The position numbers and the translations under genes were made by a program. Below, one piece after another: positions 49,369-60,096 of a stretch of 64,000 nt of DNA. The DNA is taken from NCBI GenBank assembly GCA_950097015.1, contig CATNEN010000038.1, forward strand, positions 8,990,001 to 9,054,000, given 5' to 3'. The DNA comes from Macrostomum hystrix (lineage: Eukaryota > Animalia > Platyhelminthes). Every line of letters begins with the position of its first letter. Positions within the stretch are counted from its first letter, which is position 1. A model generated the notes under the pieces. It saw only the letters and a program-made list of their open reading frames with translations. It made no database searches and had not been told where the DNA came from.

Positions 49369-50395
49369 ATAGAAGAAAGATAAAACAAATATAAATCAAT
49401 AAAATGCGCACCTTGTAGACGTGTTGTATCAACACAAAAAGCTGTGTAGTAATTCAGTTGTATTGTAGCTTGTTGATAAGCGAAGCTTCATATACTCGTA
49501 AATAAGGTGCTATTTAATAGAATGTTCTAAAATAAATTTTCGTGTACGCATGTGCATAGAGATCGCAATTGCAGTCGAATCTAAAAATCACAATTGTTAA
49601 TTAACAAAAACCAGAAAAAGCATCACACAGGTGATAGAAGAGTTGGAATGTTTGATTCGAATAATACTACTCAAGGCAGAATTCAATTAGCTGTCTTGCG
49701 ACCTAACTAGCCATATGAATTAGTCCATTTGGCGTTGATACTACTAAAGAATACAGAAACTTAATAGAAAAAAAGTTTCGTAAAAAGGCGAGGCAATAAG
49801 CTAAAGAACAAAATGGATATATCACTTACACTTGAGTAGGAATTAGTTCCTGTTTTTGCAGTTACATAGAACCACCTTAATCACCTTAAGGATCGCAAAG
49901 CGAAAAAAAAAAATGAGCAGCAGAAAGGTAAAAAAACTACGCCATTACGTTCAAAACGCAGCCTGTGACATCACCGGCTTTAGCCTTGGCATTTCGTACC
50001 TGTAAAATTTATAATCTAATGGCAAGCCAGAATAAAAAAGCAAGCAATAGAAAGTTAGTTTAGACGCTTGAGTAGCAAATAAAAATAAGTTAGTGTAAAA
50101 CAGCCGCCGGTAAAATAATACCAAGCGTGCTGTAAGGCGCGCTGTGATTGCAAAGGAGAGGCTCGGGTGCAGACCCACAGTCTTCCCAATCTGACATCTG
50201 TATTCCTAATCCCCGATCTCTACTTATTAATTTTTCCTATCATTTTCAGCAAAGCTGGGCAGCAATGAGTCTCTATTAGTAACAGCAATAATGAATAGGA
50301 ATGAGATTATGTAAAGTGTGGAGTAAAACTGGTTCCATCTGGTTTAATTTTACAATCCAAGATCGTATAGGCAGTCTTCAGTGACTCTGATGGTT

Positions 50396-53300
50396 TCAGT
50401 AATGCATTCCGCCGCGGCTGCCGCCAGCCATAGTCGAAAAAGTCGAACTGGCCGCGTTAGCCGCAGCGCCGCGCACCGCCTCGTTGGCGGCCACGGTGTG
50501 GCTGAACTCTTCGCTGGCCCTGACGAGGCTGGCGCCCATACCGCGGTAGATGCGGTGCACCTGCGGACCAATCGAAGCCAATGTTAGCACACATTATAAG
50601 TTAGGATCGAGCTAGATTGGGGAAAAGAAATGCTAAATATTCGTATATTAATGACCTAATTAGCATTCTACACCAAGCATTCGTCTTACTCTACTAACAG
50701 TAGAACGCACGAAATGTGAAACGTGAGTAATGCCACAGTTAAACAGCCTTTTCCGGGGCCATGCATTAATTAATTAGCGAATTAATTCACGACAAAAATA
50801 TTAGGAGACGCGAAATAATTAGTAAAAGATTACAAGACCCACAAAACTGGTATCTAAGGACAGAGGAGGGCGGTTCTCACAGACAAGAGAAGGCAATCTC
50901 ACCCGGATGATGAGCAGGATGTCGAAAATGGTGAGCAGTGTGAACATGCCCGCAATGACCATCATGAAGATGCCGGCGCCCAAATTGATTCGCACAGTAG
51001 AAATACTGTTGATCCAGCCGCAGGAGCCCAGGTAATTGAGGCCGAGGCACTGTACAATCAATATGAGTATTTGCACCATAAACAGCAGGAAAAATATGCA
51101 AAAGTTTAAGCTGCTGTCGCTTCTGCAAAACAAGTTGAATAGAACAGTTAGGAAGACAGTAAGTACAGTCGAATTTAAACACAATGGACTCACCGAATGG
51201 CTTTGTACAGTGGCCGGAACCAGCACAGGTAAGAGCAGGGCACATGGATGATGCATGTCAACACGGACACGCCAAACACAGTGCCAGAAATGATGCCATA
51301 GTAGCCACTAACCACGCCGAAGTAAGTAGCGGTGCCGATGATGTTAAGCAGCAGTAGTAAGGTGTGCGCAATCCACAGGTAGTAACCAATTTTAACAACT
51401 AGCCTGTAGTTAGCCGGAATCTCCAAGTCAAAGTCCTGATAGAAGCAGGGACCAATCGGACAGAAGGAGGGCAGCGGCGGCCAGTTGCTGACTAGCCCTG
51501 TGCGCGAAATACAGCGATTGTGGCATGCTAATCTTAATTCTAAAGCTTTGAACAGTTTCCCGCTAAGAAAGTGGGCTGTTTTTTCGGCTGCTATTTTGGC
51601 CACATTTTGGCGCGAAGCAGCGAAATCCGTGGCCCTATTTTGACAGTCTTGATGATGCTCGTTGTGAGGGGTGGATCGTTGTGAGGGGTGGATCGTTGTG
51701 AGGGGTGGATCGTTGTGAGGGGTGGATCGTTGTGAGGGGTGGATCGTTGTGAGGGGTGGATCGCTGTGAGGGGTGGATCGTTGTGAGGGGTGGATCGTTG
51801 TGAGGGGTGGAACGCTGTGAGGGGTGGATCGTTGTGAGGGGTGGATCGTTGTGAGGGGTGGATCGTTGTGAGGGGTGGATCGTTGTGAGGGGTGGATCGT
51901 TGTGAGGGGTGGATCGCTGTGAGGGGTGGATCGTTGTGAGGGGTGGATCGTTGTGAGGGGTGGAACGCTGTGAGGGGTGGATCGTTGTGAGGGGTGGATC
52001 GTTGTGAGGGGTTAACCTCCAAGGCACACTGTCTGACAATGTAAAAGTCAGGGCAGATGTACACACCTGTGTGAGCGTGTGCTCAGGAGTCAGCGAAATG
52101 GACAGGACGCTATCTCGCTGACTCCGGGTCTACTGTTCGATGGTAGTTGTTACATTATTACCCTAACAGACAAGGGAAAGTCACTCTAGCAGGCAGAACA
52201 GTCTCTCTAAAAGATAGAGCAAAGTGTGCCAAGAGGAGAGGGATTAAGAAATTGGCTCCCGATTAATCAAATGCTGGGGACTCACGCGAGCCGACCCCGG
52301 CAGCACTGGCCTTCTCCTCATCCCGGCGTCGCTGTTCAGCTTCTCGAAGCTCGAGCTCGCGCGATTTAGCTTCCAGCTCGCGTTGGCGCCTCTCCAGCTC
52401 GTCGCTAGAGATGCGTTGCTGGGCGCTGATTGTGTAAGCTGGCGGCGGTGGCACCAACTGCTGCTGCCTGTATCCATCGAAAGGATTAAACTCGCCAGCA
52501 GCTTGGCTACTGCCACCGCCTCGGGCCTGCTGCACCGATGGGTCCTAGGTACAGTTAAGCAACTGAGTTAGATTATAAGCATACCACAACAATCTGATAA
52601 GTATTCAATATGCTTCAGATACTTCTTGCCCTTTTGAATTAGTTTAGAAACGTTCGGATTCTTGTTTGACAGAATCCTTTGGGTTCTGCAGAAAGCTTCA
52701 TTGATTTTTATATAAAGTTTTAAACCCTTATAATACAAAAACAGAAGTACATTTTTTCTTAACCAGTCAAACATATAGCTATTAAAATTCAGAAGATAGC
52801 ACTTTTAACACAGTAAAATAAAAGTATTTTTTAATCGCAAGAAATTTTTAGACCTGACAGAAATAATTGTTACAGCATATGAGCACACGAGCATCTCTTA
52901 ATTGATAAAAAGAGTTTTTTATTCAATTGCTATATTCAGGCAAATTTTTGTTGTTGTGTTTAAAGGATACATTGTGGAGTATAATAGTGGGAATGGCCCC
53001 CATCGCCGCAGTGTATCCTTTTAAAGAAGTTAAACAGTGAGCATGCTAGTCCGGAAGACACCATGGAAACTCATGACTAGATAAAGCGGAGGCCTACAGC
53101 AAATGGACTATAGCTGCCTTTTAGTGTCCTACAATTTCTTTTTAAGAAGAGTTAGTTGCAGGTATGTAAACTATATATATAAATTGACAGTTGCCACCAT
53201 TAGCAGGGAAGAAGTGCTCGCCTAAATTGCCTGCCAGTTCTTCTATTTCCATTTCCCTTGATAGGCGTATAATCCGGAAGCCACTGACACATGAAAATGT

Positions 53301-56300
53301 TAATTCTAACAGCTTTAAGGCCAAGCTTCGCAAATTAGAATTTCAATTAACCTATTAGTGGCCGGTCATCCGCGTCGCCTGCATGCTCGGATTACATGTT
53401 CGGCGTAACACAGTCCTAGTAAATATTTTTGGCTAATAAGTGTCATGACACTGTTTTTAGAATTTTAGATTTTTACACGATAGTCTGCGATTGAGGATCG
53501 AAGGTCTTGTTATTTTAGCGTTCCATTGCTCAGTGTCGGAAGAAATTTAATATTATTCGGAAAACAACTGAGATAAGCAAACGAAAAGCCAAAAATATAA
53601 GCAAAACACAATTTAAGTGGTAGTATAAGTCAGCGAAATAAATCTACAAGAGTAATTAACTCTTACTATTAACTATGAACCTGGCTCTCCAGGTCAACCA
53701 TTGCACACGTACAAAGTTTTGGAGATTGAAATCGGCTAGAGCACTTGTCCCAAATCGAGTTGTAAATACCAGATAGAGCTGAGTCATTGTACCATCCGCC
53801 GCTTGGTCCAATTAATCAGGAATTAGACTATGCACTCTCAGGAATTTTAGAGCATCCCGGACGAGCGAATCTTCACCTTCCTGAACGAGGTTCCATATCT
53901 ATAAATTATTCCACTTAAGGGTTAAACCTCCGGCACTGTGCCCCCCACCTAGCCCCTATCTATTTTCACCAAGTTGTTGATATGATTCTAATGATGCATA
54001 TTGCTGATACTGATTATAATGGCATACCTTTTTTGAGGCAGCTATCATAAAAGTTAAGTGTATTGATTGAGGGAGTTTTGATGAGATTTATGTGAATGGG
54101 CCAATATAATATTTGTATTTAAAGGTATTACTAAAGCTTCTAGACTTCGCTCTGAGAAACAATTAACAGTTCGCTATATTTTGGAGATCTGATCCTTTTG
54201 TTCCTTTGTTCGGCAGCATTATCCGTCAGTGATATTTTTCCAGTGCTAATATTATTTTATTACATATGTCATCATCGTCAGCTATCAGTTAGCTATGTCT
54301 AAAAAATGTACAGTTTTGTAAGTGAATCGATGTCTTATTACATTTTTAACTGCTCTTTTCTTAATTTGCAATTTTTTTAGAGAGCCCTATACAACGACGA
54401 AGCTTCGAACGCGAGCGTAGCAGCGTGACACAGACTCAAAGGCTACATCTGCGATTGTCTGCGGCTCCAATTTTTTATGTCAATGATGTCCTCGGACCAA
54501 TAAAACTAGGCCGCCCTTAGAGGCATCGGCAGAGATGTGGACAAGGCCAACAGAGCTGCGTATCTCACCATCCAATACATGGCGAACATCCGGACCCCTA
54601 GTGTAGCTAGAAAGCCGAAGAGCGGCAGCGTGGGACTCCAATTCCAGTGAGTGCTTGTCTGTAAGAGGAATCTACCTTCGGTAAGCCTGATGCACCTTGC
54701 GGAACAGCAACTACACGGGACTCATCGATGGTCCAGCAAAAGCTGGCATCTGATTAACCAATCTGTAAAAGTTGTACGCAATGCAGAACAAACTATGGGT
54801 GCTGATGCAAGCAGTTGAGATAGTCCTCTGGGGACAACAAGAGGGGCAAAGATGGCAAAAAATTAAAAACCTCCAGCCGATGTGACTCTGCCATATCACA
54901 TAGCTCGTAGTTTCAGAGTAACTGCAGCGAATCAAAAGCCTGAAAGACACAGGCTATTAAAGTGCACTGGGTTGGCCATTCCTCCACAATCTGCCAGACC
55001 CATGCGACTTTGAGTAACCAGATAATGTAAAACAAATTTTAAAGCAGTTTTAATTAAAAAACTTACTATTTTGAAGGGGTTCATTTTTGTTTTTGAATTA
55101 AGTATGTATTCTTATTTGCCTTCTCACTATTAATTGTGTATGTCGGAAAACTTTTCACTGTTATTTTTGTGGTTCATTTTTTGTTGTAATAAAAACATCA
55201 CTGCTTATTCAATTTTTATGAAGTTGAGGCTCTGAACCTCTAGTCCAGGTGCAACCTGGGTGACTGAGAGTCAGAGAACCCTGGAAGGAGACCACTTGTG
55301 CCAATACAATTTGCTAGAGATTAGAAAATGAGAGTCCCATGGACATTAGAGTTCTGGAGTGTTAAGAGTTACAGGAGCGTTTTTTAGGGCTACCAGTCAG
55401 TGAATAGGGGACTATGTGCAGAATTGAGATATAAATAAGAGAGACCATTTGAGCCAAATGAGTGCACTACCATAGAAAGAGAGAATTAAGTGATGTTACA
55501 AAAGCCTTGTTACATAGGGTAAGGCTGGACAGCTATTACAAAATAATTTATTACACCAATTGACTCTTAATTGCTTAATAGAAATTGACTTGCAAGACCT
55601 GCAACAATGGTCAGACGGCATTTGAATACTGGTCAAATTGAACAGATGGTCAGTTGGACACTGGTATATACCAGTGCAAAGTGGTACATATCAAATTAAA
55701 ATTAAAGCTAAACAAAGTGCAATTTGCGGCAACTTGCAAGACCAAGACTAACTTAAACTGCTAACTTATGTGCTAACTTAAATACAAATACAAAACTAAC
55801 AAATCAAGATTGTAGTAGCACAAACTAAAGTCAATGTCTGTTTAAAAATATAAAACCAGAAGCCAATTTAAAATAACAATTTAAATTGTTCATTTTGTTG
55901 AGTGTGCTACTTGTTTCGCTTGTCCTTAAGGACTCTGAGCACAGAGCACATTTTTATTATTATTTTCTGGCACATACTTTGCCACTTTCCTGACATATAT
56001 CTAGAATAAACAGAAGAGAACAGTTTTTCCTATTAATTAAACTTTTCTGTTTAAAATCATTCTTTCCAATCAAGTCTATTGAGTGGCACATGACCCAGAT
56101 TGCCATAGCTTGACTGGTTCTATGGAAGAAATGAGGTTGCCACATTAACCCCTTTCTAGTTGGCCAAGATTGAGGTGGGAAATTAATGACTCAATGATCT
56201 CTTGTATTACAGAAGAGAGGAGAACAAGGGGATAGCTCATTGGCTATTATTTTACTACATTATTCATGCCTCAAAAATGTGTTCCTTTAAACAAATTGGC

Positions 56301-57699
56301 AAATTTAAATAAATTTCCTTTACACCACTGGCTTACCTTATCTCTCTATATATATAGATGCATTCTCTGAGTTACTCTACGTCTATAGTATTAAAGTCTA
56401 ATTCTCAATTCTCATCAGCATCTGTATGACTCAATTGTATTATAAAATATATATTGTCACAAAATATACAATATTTGTGGGTCTGTTAAAACACAAAAAG
56501 GACTACCACAATAGGACTGCAATGGGCCTATTGACAATAGTGGGATCAAGGAAGTGGCTCTTGTATTTTTTCTGACTTTAAGAGCTGCACTGATTTCTAG
56601 TTAATTTTTTTGTTCAAGTTCATTTAAAAAAGTAAAAAAATTGAGACTTAAAAAATGAATTTTAAAAAGTTTTAACATTATAAATTTATTGAAGGATCTT
56701 GTCTCTGTATTTTAATATAATTTTTAAAACTTGACATCGACTTGACTGAGGTAAAAGTTAATGGTCATGCATAAAATCTGAACTTGCATATCTTTTACAA
56801 ATTAAATTTATAGTTATACGACAAAACACATAGTTGGCAAAAAATAAAATGAAAAAAGATTGCCCCAGTCCCACTATAGTCAATGAGTTCTTGTTGCCAT
56901 TGTGGTGTTTACATGGATCCAAAATTTATTCCCAGTATTTTTTCCTTTTCTGCCTCTCTATCTTTTTCCTTATCTCCTTCTCTGCCTTCACTTAGCATGA
57001 TCCCTTTACTTCCTTCACTCATTCCTCACTCTTCCACTTTCTGTAACCAATCACTTAGCAATCTGACAAATTCATTGTAATATTGTATGTACATAATGTT
57101 TTATTATGTGAATTGTAAATTCTCATGAATATAATCTGTGTTATATTTTTAGTCAGTAATAGTCAATAATATAAAATTATTCTTTAGAAACTAATATTTT
57201 AGTGTGCCTCTGTTCTATTTTAAGAATTGAATAGTGATCTACCCCTCACAAACTTAAGGACAAGATGACTGCTTCTTGATAGTTAAAGCTGTCAAGTGAA
57301 TCACAATGCTAGGCAAATCAGCAATGCTTATAGACTGATCTCTCATTGGTCTTAGGTCTGAGGTAAATTTTCTTGCTATTCTTTATTGAAACTGATCTTG
57401 GTTCTATACCAAAGATACAAGTTATAATTATTTCTTACTCCATGCACATTAGCACAGGAAGATAATGGCTGCTTTGGAAATCCAAAAATTCAATAAAACA
57501 TTTCAAATTATATTAGGAGTTTACACCTGGATAAACTTTAGTGACTATATATTATTACCTAAACCTATATATTAAAATTAGCATTCCTACAATCAGCTTT
57601 TACTCCTTCACATAACAAGAAAGATTTTTTCAGGAAAATTCTTACCCCGAATGGACTATAGTCCAATTGCGCAGCTAAAACGCTATCAAAATCCGACAT
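50396..57699 (-). CDS. SCAMP: SCAMP paralog B, 5 exons, ~333 aa
   Basis: Exons 57699-57646, 52544-52286, 51497-51194, 51122-50903, 50560-50396, with the same intron phases as paralog A; NWPPLP, CWFRPLYKAIRSDSSLNF and VHRIYRGMGAS motifs; intact frame (1002 nt). Confidence 0.92.
51660..52012. repeat. 17-bp minisatellite (GATCGTTGTGAGGGGTG)n in SCAMP-B intron 2
   Basis: Direct observation. Confidence 0.96.
52013..52160 (+). mobile_element. 3' half of SINE family A; shorter remnant at the paralogous position 45530-45590
   Basis: CTGACAATGTAAAAGTCAGGGCAGATGTACACACCTGTGTGAGCGTGTGCTCAGGAGTCAGCGAAATGG. Confidence 0.7.
54381..54647 (+). pseudogene. Possible decayed coding exon nested antisense in SCAMP-B intron 1
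   Basis: GC-rich island between TTTTTTTAG and GTGAGT; one frame reads RALYNDEASNASVAA*HRLKGYICDCLRLQFFMSMMSSDQ*N*AALRGIGRDVDKANRAAYLTIQYMANIRT; no family recognised. Confidence 0.25.
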
Positions 57700-58054
57700 A
57701 TTGGCACAGATACTGAGATACAATTGTTTCGCTTGGTCAAATTGGACAAATGGTCAGTTGGACACCGCTAGTATACACTAGTGCAAAGTGGTGCATATCA
57801 AATTAAAATCAAAGCTAAACAAAGCTTTAACATTTAACATTCAATGTTAAAGATTATAAAAAGCTTTATTAAACAGAGGCATCTATTCTTAACGTGTATT
57901 AGTATTGTTGATAAATTGAGTAAATTGAGTCAATTTGAATATTTTCTCAAATTTCATCGCAGATTTCGATTTTAGACAACAAAAGCAAAAATTACTGTTA
58001 ACTTATAAGCCCTTTGTTACAAAGCAAAAACACACGAGCGCAAAGATGTGAATT

Positions 58055-58230
58055 TTAAACGCGAAAAATTAATAGGGCCAATATTTAGGTTGCGTTTTGT
58101 TTTTTTAATTCGTTTCGCGCAAGTTTAAAATTTAAAAGAACTAAAAAATCGATTCTCTGCGAGGCGAGCCGAGAAAGCCGAGAAAGCCGAGAAAGCCGGA
58201 AAGACGACAATGGGCGGGCTACGACCGAAG
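58055..58230. promoter_or_regulatory. Candidate divergent promoter between SCAMP-B and the PAXX-like gene
   Basis: CGCGAAAA (~58060), CCAAT (~58078), TTTCGCGC (58113-58120), tandem GCCGAGAAA, GGGCGG (~58212); locally CpG-rich within AT-rich DNA. Confidence 0.3.
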
Positions 58231-59395
58231 TCTTCATATTCATATTCTCTATTGTCATATATTGGGCAATACAATTTTTTAATTTTGTTTCTATAGTCAT
58301 GCATTTATTAAATGTATCAAATTTATTGGGTAGCTTTGCTGTTTCAATGACGTACGTAATAAACTTGTTTGTTGTCTGTTTATATGGTGCGCGGTCATTT
58401 CGCTGCAATTTATAGTTTTTAAGAAATTGTGAAAATTGTTAAAATGTTCCTACAAAAATGTCACTTTTTCTTGAAAGGCTATGTATTTTGCCACCCTAAA
58501 TCATGCCACACCAAGCCAAGCTGCCATATTACACAATTGGAGCCCTATTGCTCCTACCTAGGGATTGCAAAATCCTGGACTTTTGTGATTTTGGGATCCC
58601 AAGATTCAATCCTGGAATTTGGTCAATCCTGGGATCAGAGAAAAAACAAGATTTTTAAACTCTGGAATTGAAATTTTAATGGAAAATAGATGGTTAAATT
58701 ATTTTTTTCCAAGACACTTAAATTTTCCAAGAGCATATATCAAAGCAGATTTGTTATATGATATACTATAAACTCTAGTCTAGAAGTATTTTTGGGTATA
58801 CCATAAATTGCCAACTGGCTAGTTTGCAAATATTTTGCCAGATTCTGGGACATTGCAATTGCAAAGCATTTATTTTTTCAAGCTTCTTTTAGGTTGTCTA
58901 GACTTTAGTGTCATAGACCATGCCATACCATAGCCAAGGATAGTCCATATTCATACTCCTAGTAGACCATACTACAACTCCATAGTCCATGTCCAATATC
59001 CATAGATGGTAGAAATAGAATCTATCCATAGTCCATACTCCATAGATAATATAGACTATGTCGTAATTGTTTTTTGCATTTATGTTTACAAAGAAGAAAA
59101 AAATATCATAGCTTTTAGACCCTAAATCTCTGGATTCAGCAATCAATACTCCAACCTGGTTGAAAATACATTTTTACAGGGTTGATAATAATGAATCATG
59201 TCTAGTATAGGCCTAGGCCTATAGTAAGGGTCTGAGCCAAGATTTTTGACATTGGCAATCTTGGCAACAAAATCAAGATATCAAGTTAATTGTATATTAT
59301 ATCCAAAATCTTCTCAAGAATTGTCTAGCTACACTGTTAAACTTTTAGTCATAAAGATGCAACAATGAGTAAGCATAGAATTACTTAGTAAAATA

Positions 59396-59718
59396 GGGTG
59401 CCAGGCATTTCGGTGACAGGGCTTTTCGGTACAGTGCATTTCAGTACCTGCTAATTTTGTTCTGTGATCAGCTCCCATTATTTGTTCCCATTGTGCTTAT
59501 TTTTAGAAACACTACTATCATTTGCACCATTCCATTTTTCTAGTATTGCATCAATTGAAATTATTGTATTATTTTGGCTTAGCAGGTTGTTTACCTGTGC
59601 CAAAATATCTACTACTACCACTAAAACTACTACTATAATTCAGCGATACCGAAAAGCACTGACTGGTACCGAAATGCACTGTACTGAAAAGCCCTGTCAC
59701 CGAAATGCATGGAATCCA
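59396..59718. mobile_element. MITE with ~53-bp terminal inverted repeats, TA-flanked
   Basis: GGTGCCAGGCATTTCGGTGACAGGGCTTTTCGGTACAGTGCATTTCAGTACC ... GGTACCGAAATGCACTGTACTGAAAAGCCCTGTCACCGAAATGCATGGAATCC; AT-rich non-coding interior; TA on both sides. Confidence 0.8.
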
Positions 59719-60096
59719 TAAAATATAATGTCTTTGGAAATGAGATTTGTATTATAAATAATACTATTTTTTGTTAAATTTGACAACAATCTGATTAGAT
59801 TGCATTTTATTTTGACTATTGTGCACATAATCAATTCCAGTATTTAGTTTTTCTTAAAGAAAGTTATAGTTACAAGTTTGTTATTATCGGCATTTGACAA
59901 AAACCTAACTCTTATATATGCTACAGTTCAAAGCATTCAGGTCACTAAATACAGTAAAGACAACTTTTTAGTTTTTTTTGTATTTCATAGTCAAATAGGC
60001 CTAGTAAGAAGGTCGAGGCCTTAGTAATACATTAACATGTAAATTAAGTGCAATTTTTCAAACTTATTTTGCAGTCTGCTTGGCTAAAGAAATCGT

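Noticed and set aside
58558-59147. Possible hAT-like MITE starting TAGGGATTGCAA
   Set aside because: The right end is too degenerate to show a TIR or target-site duplication.
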